NCBI GenBank assembly: GCA_049512935.1
Contig: JBEKWR010000003.1
Coordinates: 111,025 to 175,024, forward strand
Length of the DNA stretch: 64,000 nucleotides
From: Candidatus Bathyarchaeia archaeon
Lineage (GTDB): Archaea > Thermoproteota > Bathyarchaeia > Bathyarchaeales > Bathycorpusculaceae
Direction of reading: 5' to 3'
Shown here: in pieces, positions 40,591 to 50,190 of the stretch
Numbering within the stretch: the stretch's first letter is position 1
Layout of the letters: each line of letters begins with the position of its first letter
The notes under the pieces: generated by a model
The model's database searches: none
What the model saw: only the letters and a program-made list of their open reading frames with translations
Told to the model about the DNA's origin: nothing
Translations under genes and position numbers: made by a program

Positions 40591-40806
40591 GTGTCAGAAG
40601 ATAACAAGCGTGAACGCATAACTATTCGTCTAACGAAAAGGTACCTTGACCTGTTGAACATGCTGATTGAGAAAGGCGTCTACAACAGCCGCAACGAAGC
40701 CATCCGCGACGCGCTTCGGATCATGTATGAGTACCACGGGCTGAAGGTTTCGCCTGACAAGAAGCATGCATTTAACACAAAAAGCGAAGATTCCTCCGAA
40801 GACTAA
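40591..40806 (+). CDS. Ribbon-helix-helix (CopG/Arc) regulator
   Basis: RITIRL...LIEKGVYNSRNEAIRDALR. Confidence 0.85.
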   Translation: MSEDNKRERITIRLTKRYLDLLNMLIEKGVYNSRNEAIRDALRIMYEYHGLKVSPDKKHAFNTKSEDSSED

Positions 40807-40829
40807 GCGTTTTCGTTGAACAAATCTTG

Positions 40830-40876
40830 GCGGGGTTCACGGGTCCTCCCCGCTGAGCACAAATTTTTTTCTTTCC
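40830..40876 (+). terminator. Hairpin plus T-tract at the edge of the accessory block
   Basis: gcgggg...ccccgc followed by tttttttcttt. Confidence 0.45.
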
Positions 40877-40950
40877 TTAAAGTTGCGGCAATTTAAAAGG
40901 CAATCGTGGATTTTGTCCTTCTTTTTTTCTCTAATTGCGACTGTTCATGA

Positions 40951-42981
40951 TTATGGGTCCTCTATGGCCGGGCATAGGACAAAAGCGGAGCGAGCGGGCA
41001 GATAGAGGCTGAGCACATGTTGACTTTTTGCTTCAGTAGTGTCCACCATAGTGAAGTGGATCTGCTGCGGTAACAGCCGACCGTATCCGCCGTACTTTGG
41101 TGCATCACAGTCTAGAATCATCATGTATTTTCCAGGGGGAGCTTCAAATCGATAATCAGTAAAGGATTGATAGGGATTAAAATTGAAGGCAAAAATCAGA
41201 TCAGCCCTTTTGAAGATGATTACTTTTTTCTCGGAATCTTCATGCAGCAGTTGCGGGATGGATGTTTCAAGAAGGTGATGTGTCTTGACAAGTGCAATCA
41301 TGTCGCGGTCGAATCGGGCTAGTAAATGGTACTTTAGGTGAACGTCGTCTGCGAGGTGCCATTGTCGATGTGCATGCTTGAATGACCAGTTGTTTCCCTC
41401 GCGGGGAAAATCTATCCAGTCCGGGTGGCCAAATTCATTACCCATAAAGTTTAGATAACCGTGGCTGGCCGTGCACAGGGTTATCAAGCGGATCATCTTA
41501 TGCAACGCTATTCCACGGGCGACCTTTGAGTTGTTATCATCGATTCCCATGTGATGGTACATGTCTTCGCCGATCAGTCGGAAAATAAGTGTCTGATCTC
41601 CCACCAACGCTTGGTCGTGAGATTCAGCGTAACTAATGGTTTTTTCATCTGTCCTGCGGTTAGTAAGTTCAAACCAGAGATGGCCGATGGGCCAGTCCTC
41701 ATCTTTGAAATCTTTTATTAGGCGGATCCAGTAATCAGGAACCCCCATTGCAAAGCGATAGTCAAAACCGAACCCGCCCTCTGACTGGGAAACGGCCAAA
41801 CCTGGCATGCCGCTGACATCTTCGGCTATGGTGACGGCGCGGGGTCGGATATCATGAATCACTCGGTTGGCTAGAGCCAAATAGGTCAAGGCATTTTCAT
41901 CCACGCTGCCATCGAAGTAATCGGTGTATGAAGTGAATACTCTTCTAAGACCGTGTTCCAGGTAAAGCATGCTGGTGACGCCGTCGAACCGAAACCCGTC
42001 AAAGTGGAATTCGTCTAGCCAGTATCGGCAATTGGAAAGTAAAAAATGCAAAACCTGAGGTTTGTCGTAATCGAAGCAACGTGAATCCCATGCTATGTGT
42101 TTTCCGCGCGGGCCCTCATGAAAATACTGAAATAGTGTCCCGTCGAAGCGGCTCAATCCCTCCACTTCGTTAGATACGGAGTGGGAATGGATCAGATCCA
42201 TGAAAACGGTGATCCCTTGGGCGTGAGCCGTGTCAATCAGGAGTTTCAAATCCTCTGGCGTCCCGTACCGTGATGAAGGGGCAAAAAAGCTTGATACCTG
42301 ATATCCAAATGATCCGTAGTAAGGATGTTCTTGAATGGCCATCAACTGTAACGTGTTGTAACCAGCATTGGCGATTCTCGGAAGCACCCCGAAAGTAAAT
42401 TCGCGGAAGGAACCGATTTTTTCTTCTTCCTGTGCCATACCGATATGCGCTTCATAGATTAATGGAGCTTCTTTAGGTGGGTTGAAATCGATTTTCCACT
42501 GATACGACTCCGGCGGTAACCATACTTGGGCGTTAAAAATCAAAGTTTTGGGATCTTGAACAACCCGTCGAGCATAGGCTGGAATACGATCACCTTCGCC
42601 CCCTGCCCAATGAATACGGAGCCGAAACAGATCGCCATGCGTCAATTTGTCGGCGGTCAGGTGAATTTCCCAGACATCAGAGTCGTTGATCTTTTCCAGC
42701 GTAAATTCTTTTTGCTCTTGCCATTTGCTCATGTCTCCTATCAGGTAAATTGCCGTTGCATTTGGCGCCCATTCACGGAAAACCCATTCGCCTCGTTGAA
42801 AATGTAGACCGAAATATTCGTGGCCAGACGCAAACTCTGCAAGGCTCATTTTTCCCTGTGTGAGACGTTGCTCTGTCTCTTCGATACGCTCCAACCGATG
42901 TCGAATCTGTTCAGAAAACGGCGCGAGGTACGAATCGCTTCTCAGCAGACAGCTCAATCGGCTTTCAAGACCACTCATCAA
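40951..42981 (-). CDS. glgB: 1,4-alpha-glucan branching enzyme (GH13)
   Basis: FREWAPNA, IYEAHIGM, YGSFGYQV, FDGFRFDGVTSM, AEDVSG, YAESHDQ, FMGNEFGHP. Confidence 0.93.
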   Translation of the reverse strand: MMSGLESRLSCLLRSDSYLAPFSEQIRHRLERIEETEQRLTQGKMSLAEFASGHEYFGLHFQRGEWVFREWAPNATAIYLIGDMSKWQEQKEFTLEKINDSDVWEIHLTADKLTHGDLFRLRIHWAGGEGDRIPAYARRVVQDPKTLIFNAQVWLPPESYQWKIDFNPPKEAPLIYEAHIGMAQEEEKIGSFREFTFGVLPRIANAGYNTLQLMAIQEHPYYGSFGYQVSSFFAPSSRYGTPEDLKLLIDTAHAQGITVFMDLIHSHSVSNEVEGLSRFDGTLFQYFHEGPRGKHIAWDSRCFDYDKPQVLHFLLSNCRYWLDEFHFDGFRFDGVTSMLYLEHGLRRVFTSYTDYFDGSVDENALTYLALANRVIHDIRPRAVTIAEDVSGMPGLAVSQSEGGFGFDYRFAMGVPDYWIRLIKDFKDEDWPIGHLWFELTNRRTDEKTISYAESHDQALVGDQTLIFRLIGEDMYHHMGIDDNNSKVARGIALHKMIRLITLCTASHGYLNFMGNEFGHPDWIDFPREGNNWSFKHAHRQWHLADDVHLKYHLLARFDRDMIALVKTHHLLETSIPQLLHEDSEKKVIIFKRADLIFAFNFNPYQSFTDYRFEAPPGKYMMILDCDAPKYGGYGRLLPQQIHFTMVDTTEAKSQHVLSLYLPARSAFVLCPAIEDP

Positions 42982-43230
42982 AATACCTTATTCTGCTTAA
43001 CGTACAAGTAGTTTAATTCTTTTTCTAAAAGCCGAGAACAAATCGAAATATATTGATAGCGCATATTTCAGTTTGAAAAAGGATTCCATTTCGGTAACTT
43101 GTACAAGAAGGCTGTAAACCTAACGAACTTCCAGAAAAATTTAAGCATGCGGGAATAGCTAAATATTAGAAAATAGATAAAGAAAAATTGGAAAGTGTTG
43201 TCCAGAGGACTATTAAACAAGGGTGAATTC

Positions 43231-43368
43231 ATGTCCAGAAGGTATTATGAGCGTGATGAAGATTGGCTAGTCACATGTCCTGAATGCCATGGTAAAGGGA
43301 CCATAGGTACTGGGGATTCTAGAGTTCGATGCTCAAAATGTGATGGAGCAGGAAAAATTAGACAATAG
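43231..43368 (+). CDS. 45-aa DnaJ-type zinc-finger microprotein (not in the ORF track)
   Basis: GGTGA RBS; MSRRYYERDEDWLVTCPECHGKGTIGTGDSRVRCSKCDGAGKIRQ has two CxxCxGxG motifs. Confidence 0.7.
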   Translation: MSRRYYERDEDWLVTCPECHGKGTIGTGDSRVRCSKCDGAGKIRQ

Positions 43369-43477
43369 CAAAGACCGTTTAGGTGCGCATGCCTGCGGTT
43401 GGTAACAAAATAATTTTACAGTCCGCTTCTATCTATAGCAACGAGAAATAGTGAGCATAAAAATGCTACTGTACCGA

Positions 43478-44059
43478 CTATTTCACTGTCACTTTGTGTT
43501 TTTTAGGCACGGGTGCAATCGTCTTCTTTGGGATGCTGACTGTAAGTAACCCGTCCCTAAATGTGGATTCAGCTTGCTCAGGGATTACTTCTTCGGGGAA
43601 AGATAGTTGTTTGTAAATGTGCGAGTAAATGCGTTCTCTGACAACAAAGTTCTTCTCCGTATCTTCCGTTTCAACATCGGTTTCAGCCGAGATTTCGATA
43701 CCATTTTTCGTCAGGGCTACGTCGATCTTGTCTTTAGCTACACCAGGCATCTCAGCATGAACCACAAACTTGTTTCCCTCATCAACCAGGTCTACAGTCG
43801 CCTCACGAACCGGAACAACAGGCTCAAGACTTACCCACTCAAATGGAAAAGCTATGCTTTCAATGAAATTTTTGCGAAAATCATCCATCAAGTCCTCAAA
43901 GGTCGTTAGAACATGAACTGCAGGAACTTGTTTGGCAGGAATACCTTTAGCAGGAACTTTAGTAGGAACGTGTTTAGCAAGAACATGTTTTACAGGTTTT
44001 GTCGTGATTTCAGATTTTGCGATCGCCTTTACCGGCGCCTTTTTTTGTTCTGTGCTCAT
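43478..44059 (-). CDS. hsp20: Small heat-shock protein Hsp20
   Basis: VDLVDEG...AEMPGV.KDKI...FRDGLLTVSIPK alpha-crystallin domain. Confidence 0.92.
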   Translation of the reverse strand: MSTEQKKAPVKAIAKSEITTKPVKHVLAKHVPTKVPAKGIPAKQVPAVHVLTTFEDLMDDFRKNFIESIAFPFEWVSLEPVVPVREATVDLVDEGNKFVVHAEMPGVAKDKIDVALTKNGIEISAETDVETEDTEKNFVVRERIYSHIYKQLSFPEEVIPEQAESTFRDGLLTVSIPKKTIAPVPKKHKVTVK

Positions 44060-44182
44060 TTTTTTTCACCTCGATTAAATCCATTATTGGAATCTTGAAG
44101 GTAATCAATTGTGCCTGAGCTATTTTTGGCTCGAGGCAGTTCTCATTTGGGTTAAGGCGGCCGTTTTATTTGGGTGTGGGAT

Positions 44183-44326
44183 CTATTCTTTCTTGGTGAC
44201 CCACGTTTTTACTGCTTCTTCGACAGCTCGGGATAAGTCGCCTTTTTTTCCGCCGAACCTCTCGATTGTTTTTAATCTGAGCTGTTTTTCCAACTCATTC
44301 GGGAGATCCGCAGTTATTCGACCCAT
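44183..44326 (-). CDS. 47-aa ribbon-helix-helix protein (not in the ORF track)
   Basis: MGRITADLPNELEKQLRLKTIERFGGKKGDLSRAVEEAVKTWVTKKE. Confidence 0.7.
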   Translation of the reverse strand: MGRITADLPNELEKQLRLKTIERFGGKKGDLSRAVEEAVKTWVTKKE

Positions 44327-44342
44327 ATTTAATCATCCGCTT

Positions 44343-44444
44343 TTATTTAGATTTTTTTTGCACGGTTGCACGTGTCAGATGTTCTTCCAGTAAGCGAGCT
44401 GCCAAACGCCCAGTTCTAATCTTGTTTTTGTTATCATTTTTCAT
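44343..44444 (-). CDS. 33-aa basic microprotein
   Basis: GGAG RBS; MKNDNKNKIRTGRLAARLLEEHLTRATVQKKSK upstream of the RHH and hsp20 genes. Confidence 0.4.
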   Translation of the reverse strand: MKNDNKNKIRTGRLAARLLEEHLTRATVQKKSK

Positions 44445-44750
44445 TTACTCCAATTCGCTTATCTGCATAAGCTACTATGTGCTTACTGACTTATAAACGT
44501 ATTTGTTTATGTGTTTAATCTCTAAAGTGATTACCTATTACATAAAAGCAACTATTGAAGTGGTCTCTCATCTTCCTTTTGGCTTGAACTCTAATCCCAA
44601 CAATTGCTTTATTACCATAGGAAGCGCAAATCTACTTTCAGTTGATGAAATAAATGGAAACGTTTTTTCTAAAGTCTTTTGGTTGCATTTAAAAATCTTG
44701 GCGCACCATTCTCAATTAGTTACCGTTCTATCCACCTTAAAGTGGAGAAA

Positions 44751-45092
44751 CTAAGTATCGTTTTGTGCGCTGATTTTTACTAGTAAAAGTTGGCTTAACA
44801 GTTTACTGATGTTGCTGGAAGCGATTACGTTGCTCTGTTCGCTTCTTTTTTTCTTTCTGTGTTCTGCAGTATGAGCTTTGATGGCGCGGTTCATGGCCTG
44901 TAAATCTGGCAGCAGCAGTATTTCGGCTCCGCATTCGCACTTAATTGTTGGCAAGCGTTCCTTCAAATGCTTATCCGCATCAGCGATGTTGTCTCCTATG
45001 TTCTCGGCAATTACCGCCGCCTCAGTCGGCAACAGTTTCTGAAGCTTCTCAACTCTATTCCGCTTCATCAGAACTTGAAAATCTCCGTTCAC
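44751..45092 (-). CDS. Small putative zinc-binding protein
   Basis: IKCECGAEILL...AIKAHTAEH (C2H2-like). Confidence 0.6.
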   Translation of the reverse strand: MNGDFQVLMKRNRVEKLQKLLPTEAAVIAENIGDNIADADKHLKERLPTIKCECGAEILLLPDLQAMNRAIKAHTAEHRKKKRSEQSNVIASSNISKLLSQLLLVKISAQNDT

Positions 45093-45143
45093 TTTCCTAA
45101 TGGAGTAAATATATTCTTGTAGAGCCTTTTATGGTCATGTCTG

Positions 45144-45161
45144 TGTAGCTCCCCACCTACA
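45144..45161 (+). promoter_or_regulatory. 18-bp box (motif B)
   Basis: TGTAGC-tcccca-CCTACA followed by ttaaaa. Confidence 0.55.
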
Positions 45162-45189
45162 ACGTTAAAATGTCTTCGGAGGCACCCGT

Positions 45190-45502
45190 AGCACTAAAAC
45201 AGCAGGGGGATTTCAGATATTTCTCCATGGAAACTGGCACAATAGTGATGCACCTATCTATACCGGTGGTTTATGGGCTTTGGAATCCGCAAGTCACGTG
45301 AATATAATAGAAACGTTTCTGTGAAGAATAAGTTGTGGTGTGAGGATATAAATCCAAGAACGTGCTTTGGCGGACCCACACACGTTATCAGGAAGCGAAC
45401 ATAAGAGAAGTGACGAAAGTTACAAACTATTCGCATCCCTTTTAACGCTGATCCGCCAAAGCAGTGGGTAGATTCACGCTATCAGGACTTCGCCTTGTGG
45501 AT
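45190..45502 (+). ncRNA. Candidate structured ncRNA
   Basis: Nested complementary segments including a perfect 12-bp helix and a GAAA-tetraloop hairpin; no convincing ORF. Confidence 0.45.
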
Positions 45503-45511
45503 AAATAACTT

Positions 45512-45529
45512 TGTGACTGGAAGGTCACA
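45512..45529 (-). promoter_or_regulatory. Motif B
   Basis: TGTGAC-tggaag-GTCACA (perfect arms) + gcaac; ataaata adjacent. Confidence 0.8.
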
Positions 45530-45705
45530 GCAACAAGATTATCCCTTAAAAGGCCCAAAAGAAAACTTCCCTGAGGAAAAGTGGTAGGAATCAGTTCTTG
45601 CGGCTAATATTAAACCGTCATATTGACCAAGCCTATCATGACCTTTGAGAACCGACAAACAGAGAGGCTTCTAAACGCAAAATTAGAATAAAAAAGAAAA
45701 GAAGT

Positions 45706-46758
45706 TTAGGTTAGTTCATGGCTTTTAGATGCTTTTTGTTTAACTACCTTAACCAAGATAAACGAGCACGTAGCAATCGCCAAGGTCAGCAACAGAATGG
45801 ACGAAGTTAATTCAGGGACTTTTGGAGTTGATGTTGGACTTGTTGAACTTGATTTTGATGTTGGAGCCGGTGTAGCTGTTGATTTTGAACTTGAAGTTGT
45901 TGTTGGACTTGGGGAACTTGATTTTGATGTTGATGTTGGAGTAGATGTTGAACTTGATGTTGGAGTTGGAGTTGACGTAGTTGTCGAAATTGGTGATACG
46001 ATGGTGTTAGACTGTAAAGTAACTGCACTTTGTGCCAATGCCAAACCATTCAACGTTGCACCAGTAGTTAGTGCAATCGCTGTTTTGTCAAGAATAATTC
46101 CACTAAAGGCCGAGTGTGTTCCAAGTGTCGTTTGTCCAGCGACCACCCAGAAGATGTTACTTGCCTGTGCGCCACCACTCAAAATAATTTGTACGTTAGA
46201 ACTGACAGTGAGAGTTCCTGCTATCTGGAATACCCATTCAGCACTTGAACTTCCTGAGAGAGTGACAGCTGATGGTATTATCACATTGGTACCCCACTTG
46301 TAAATGCCAGCAGTTATTGTTAATCCACCGATGTTTCCTGCACCTAATGCATTGACGGGAGCAGGAGTGGTTAGTCCAGCCACAGTAGTATATGCCGTTT
46401 GCATATCGCTTATAGCCGTAGTCATCATAGTTGGAGTAGGTGCTGCATAGTTAGATGCGTATACCTTTCCAGTCACCAGAGAGGATGTCGAAAATGTATT
46501 CGAGGAATCCATTATCAACCCGAAGCCTGTTATGTATGAAGCAGCAGCTGGGCTTACTCCAATATTTCCAGTTATTGAAGTAGTTCCAGTGGTTGAGATT
46601 CCTGTTTTTGCTAAAATAGCAAAATTTCCTGCTGTACCAAGAACGTTAGCTGGTAACGTGTTTGCTGATACATTAGAGATCTGTATGATACCTAATAATG
46701 CTATGAAACAGAAGAAAGTGAAAAATACGCTTAATTGAGTCCTAGTCTTTTTCTTCAT
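45706..46758 (-). CDS. Ice-binding-like protein (DUF3494) with S/T linker and PEF-like C-terminal anchor
   Basis: LGTAGNFAILAKTGIS, ITGNIGVSP, AISDMQTAY, GIYKW, WVFQI, NIFWVV, LAQSAVTL; VPEL + TM + KQK. Confidence 0.9.
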   Translation of the reverse strand: MKKKTRTQLSVFFTFFCFIALLGIIQISNVSANTLPANVLGTAGNFAILAKTGISTTGTTSITGNIGVSPAAASYITGFGLIMDSSNTFSTSSLVTGKVYASNYAAPTPTMMTTAISDMQTAYTTVAGLTTPAPVNALGAGNIGGLTITAGIYKWGTNVIIPSAVTLSGSSSAEWVFQIAGTLTVSSNVQIILSGGAQASNIFWVVAGQTTLGTHSAFSGIILDKTAIALTTGATLNGLALAQSAVTLQSNTIVSPISTTTSTPTPTSSSTSTPTSTSKSSSPSPTTTSSSKSTATPAPTSKSSSTSPTSTPKVPELTSSILLLTLAIATCSFILVKVVKQKASKSHELT

Positions 46759-47017
46759 TTTTAATCACCACCTTTACACCTTGCTTTTTAATCACTTTAT
46801 TATTTTCTAATTTGGATCAAAACTTACCAAAAAAGGGGTTTAGTTTATTTCCATAACTTTTTGCCGGTCAACAGCCAAACGACTACGAAGATTACGGCAA
46901 TCACAAGCAGTATATTTATCAGTAGACCTATGCCTGGCAAAGCAAAGAACCCAACCGCCCAGAGTATCACAAGAATAATAGCAATCGTCAACCACTTATT
47001 CATAGCAAACTCTCCAA

Positions 47018-47308
47018 CTAAGTCTTAACTACTGGTCTTAGGTACATGTGAAGCTGATCTTTCGAAACTTTTAAGTGCAATCCATTGTCTGTCCAGCGAG
47101 CAACCCCTTTCTCCAGGGATGAAACGGCCAGCATGTTTCGCACTCCACCTTTCTTTACGCCAAGAACTGATTCAGCTATTTCCTTTTTCAATTCGATTTC
47201 AAGATGAGTTATTTTCCACTCTTCTGGATCTACTTCTATACTTTTGACTGTGCCGATTTTCTCGTCTAACGCAAAAACACTTCTGTTTATAAACTCTCTA
47301 GTCCTCAT
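47018..47308 (-). CDS. PRC-barrel domain protein
   Basis: EFINRSVFALDEKIGTVKSIEVDPEEWKITHL; GGAGG RBS. Confidence 0.75.
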   Translation of the reverse strand: MRTREFINRSVFALDEKIGTVKSIEVDPEEWKITHLEIELKKEIAESVLGVKKGGVRNMLAVSSLEKGVARWTDNGLHLKVSKDQLHMYLRPVVKT

Positions 47309-47382
47309 ACTTTCTCTATCCCTCCTTTCTACTCTCACAATTCGGAATACTTTATAAATGGTCATTGACTGGGTTAAGCGCT

Positions 47383-47400
47383 TGTGAATGTAAGCCCACA
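47383..47400 (-). promoter_or_regulatory. Motif B
   Basis: TGTGAA-tgtaag-CCCACA, 5 bp from TTAA. Confidence 0.7.
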
Positions 47401-47516
47401 CCGACATTCTGGCAGCTGCGCCTGCGCTAATCGGCAAAACTACTGAAAAGAATTTGAAACTTGAAGCGACAAGAAAAATGAAGTTTTAAATAAAAAAAGG
47501 AAAGGAAATGTTAAGT

Positions 47517-48524
47517 TTAAGTCACTGCAGTGGTTTGATCGATGATCTTGGCCTTTAGAGCATTCGTCTTCACTGATGCTATGCCATTTTCGGCTGCCTG
47601 TTTGGATAGGTAGGATTGGCTTACAGCGATTATTTGCCCGTTAGCTGCTTTCAGATGGAAACGGAACCTTTCAGGAGCATTGAATTGAATTTCGAAAACT
47701 GGGTCTTGGACAATTCCAGGTTCATGTTTTGTCTTTGCCAAAGCCCCTGCTGCCGTTGTGAGATCAGCAATCTTTGCGATTGGCGCGTTCTTCTTTATTG
47801 AATCAATGCCTTCTATGGCCGACTCTTTTGCTCCGTAGGCTTGGCTTACAGCGATTATTTGCCCGTTAGCTGCTTTCAGATGGAAACGGAACCTACCAAC
47901 AGTATCAATGAAAACCTCAAAAATTCCTGTAACTTTCGCTATTACAGGTGTCTGTTCCGTTATCACTTCAGTGGGTGGCAATGGTTTAGGCGCCGCCGGC
48001 ATCGGTTCTGGAACTTTCTCAGCTACGTGACCCATCTTTGTATGAGCATCCAGGGCTTCCTTGGTCATAAAGCCCATTCCGCACACAGGACACGTAAGCT
48101 CCATGTTTGGCATAAGCACTCTGTCCACAACTTGTATTATGCCGTTGTCTGTTACTATGTCTGTGCTTATAATGTGTGCGTCATTATTGATTATTGGGTT
48201 CATGTGAAGAGACCACCAATGATGGGCGTCAATCTTAACTTCTTGGCCTTGAAGAGTTTTAACGGTTTTCATTTGACTTATTTCGTCAATTGTAAACTTT
48301 CCAGGAATAACATGGTACATCAGAATCGCCTTGAGCTTTGGAACATTTTTCATTAGTCCATCGACTGTGCCTGCGGGAAGCAATGCAAAAGCGCGATCAT
48401 CTGGCGCAAGAATCGTGAACGGTCCTTTACCTTTCAATGTTTTAACTAATCCTGCCGCTTCTACTGCTGCGACAAGTTTTTCGAAACCCCCAGCCTCTAC
48501 AGCAATATCAACTATATCTGCCAT
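47517..48524 (-). CDS. Fasciclin (FAS1) - C2H2 zinc finger - tandem YegP (DUF1508) fusion protein
   Basis: DIVDIA..AG.F..LVAAV...GPFTILAP.D.AF...DNGIIQVVDRVL; CPVCG.GF...LDAH..MGH; two FRFHLKAANGQIIAVSQ repeats. Confidence 0.85.
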   Translation of the reverse strand: MADIVDIAVEAGGFEKLVAAVEAAGLVKTLKGKGPFTILAPDDRAFALLPAGTVDGLMKNVPKLKAILMYHVIPGKFTIDEISQMKTVKTLQGQEVKIDAHHWWSLHMNPIINNDAHIISTDIVTDNGIIQVVDRVLMPNMELTCPVCGMGFMTKEALDAHTKMGHVAEKVPEPMPAAPKPLPPTEVITEQTPVIAKVTGIFEVFIDTVGRFRFHLKAANGQIIAVSQAYGAKESAIEGIDSIKKNAPIAKIADLTTAAGALAKTKHEPGIVQDPVFEIQFNAPERFRFHLKAANGQIIAVSQSYLSKQAAENGIASVKTNALKAKIIDQTTAVT

Positions 48525-48594
48525 TCATTTTCACCTCCTTCCAACAATTTTCAAGTTCCATGAGTTTGTATAGTGCTCTTACAATAAAGAGCTG

Positions 48595-48612
48595 TGTGAC
48601 TGGGGAGCCCCA
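48595..48612 (-). promoter_or_regulatory. Motif B
   Basis: TGTGAC-tgggga-GCCCCA + gcaac; aataaa adjacent. Confidence 0.75.
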
Positions 48613-48790
48613 GCAACGAGCCTGCAAGCTAACTGTTAATAGCTGAGAGAAACGTGGTTTTCAGGTTAGTCTTCAGCTTTTTTTCCAGTCGAATTCACAA
48701 CCTGTTCCCGAAGTCTTAGCCAAAATTGCTTTCTTTTCCGCCGGTTGAAGGTTATGCCGAAATGTCAAAATTGTGACACTGATTGATAAC

Positions 48791-48985
48791 TCATCGAATT
48801 CGTAGATCCTTTTTTCTTTCAATCAAATCTGTAATTTCATCAAATTCGCTTGTGTAGTCCGTATGTTCTTTAACCAACCTTTTGAGTCTGTTTTGGTTAA
48901 AGTATCCTTCATAAAATCCGAAGAACATAATCGCAAAGAACCCATACACAAGATAATCTTGGCCAAACCTGCTTTCCGTTCCCAT
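48791..48985 (-). CDS. Small membrane protein or gene fragment
   Basis: One TM plus a charged tail. Confidence 0.4.
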   Translation of the reverse strand: MGTESRFGQDYLVYGFFAIMFFGFYEGYFNQNRLKRLVKEHTDYTSEFDEITDLIERKKDLRIR

Positions 48986-49023
48986 AGAGTTGATGTGTCG
49001 CTGAAGTCAATCCATTGGCTAGC

Positions 49024-49536
49024 CTAAAAGTGATTCATGATAAAATTCCTAACGGTTCTATGACTAGCCATGATTTCGACGATCTTTTTTGTGACTTGTG
49101 TTATTTGCGCATCAAACAGTCTAGTTATAAGCAATGAAAGCGCAAACGTAAATATGCCAAAGAAATAAAATGTAACAGCGTTTATTTTGCCAAGGTACAA
49201 GATGAAAAAGAATGTAACGGTTGAAGCTATCAGTCCCATGATGTAGGATCTTATAATGAAATAAAGTCTCTGCAACCACGTAGAAAACAATAGAACCTTG
49301 ATTACGGCTCTTTTCTCGATTTCACTTTCAGTTCCATTGCTTTGCTTTGTAATACTTCCTATCTGTTGCAGTACCCTTTTTGCGTAATGAATGTCTGCTA
49401 AATGTAATATTTTTTTTGCATAACGAGCGTCTGATAAATTTGTGGCAGTTGCGCTTTCAAGCTCTTTCAAGATCCTTTGTGCTATTTCGTCTATTTCGGC
49501 ATCTACTCGGTCTGCTTTAGCCTCCTTAGTTACCAT
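49024..49536 (-). CDS. Hypothetical protein with two C-terminal TMs
   Basis: 170 aa, with an internal ADxxYAKxxL duplication. Confidence 0.7.
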   Translation of the reverse strand: MVTKEAKADRVDAEIDEIAQRILKELESATATNLSDARYAKKILHLADIHYAKRVLQQIGSITKQSNGTESEIEKRAVIKVLLFSTWLQRLYFIIRSYIMGLIASTVTFFFILYLGKINAVTFYFFGIFTFALSLLITRLFDAQITQVTKKIVEIMASHRTVRNFIMNHF

Positions 49537-50190
49537 TATCTCACTTGAATATTCTAGTATCTTATTCCATCTGTGCTTCTAAATCTTTGTTTATAAAAAG
49601 AGCAACACGTATACACGCCTACTCCTAATCTTACCCACGCACGCTCCCATGAATGTAATGTCTGTCTCTCTGTTACCGTTTCAGTCACTGTCTCAGTCAG
49701 TCACGCATACATGCAATATTGTTGCGCGGCGCGCGCTGGGTATAGGCGCAGTTGTAGTGTGTGGGGATCTTGAGGTGTTTTTGGGATAGATTTATGGAAA
49801 AAGTGAAAAGCCGCATTAAGGCTCTACTTACATCGTGAGCCATACTTTAGTCACTTTCTTATGTACAGAGCGATTGAGGTATGGTTTACGATAAAACGTT
49901 AACGGCTCAAAGCACCTTCGAAACTGCTGATTCAGCAACACAATTTATTTATAAAGAAAGACTCTCGTTTAATTTGTTGCAGACGGAATATGACAATTAA
50001 CGGATTCAAGTCGAGTGTTTGGCACATTGCTACAATCGGAGTTGTAACAACCATGATGGCAGAAGATTACTCTGAGAAATCTATAAGTATGGAAAAGATG
50101 AAGAAGCCGATCGATCGATTCCTTCGATAAAGTGGACGACTTCTCGTTTATTTGCAACGGTCCCGCTATATGTAGGGTGAGGTGTGAAGC

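Noticed and set aside
47616-47893. About 53-bp direct repeat as a mobile-element end
   Set aside because: Explained by tandem YegP domains within one CDS
49600-49780. Possible RNA structure (cccacgcac/gtgtgtggg, gccta/taggc, tcagtca repeats)
   Set aside because: The pairings cross each other, are short and lie in low-complexity sequence, so support is insufficient
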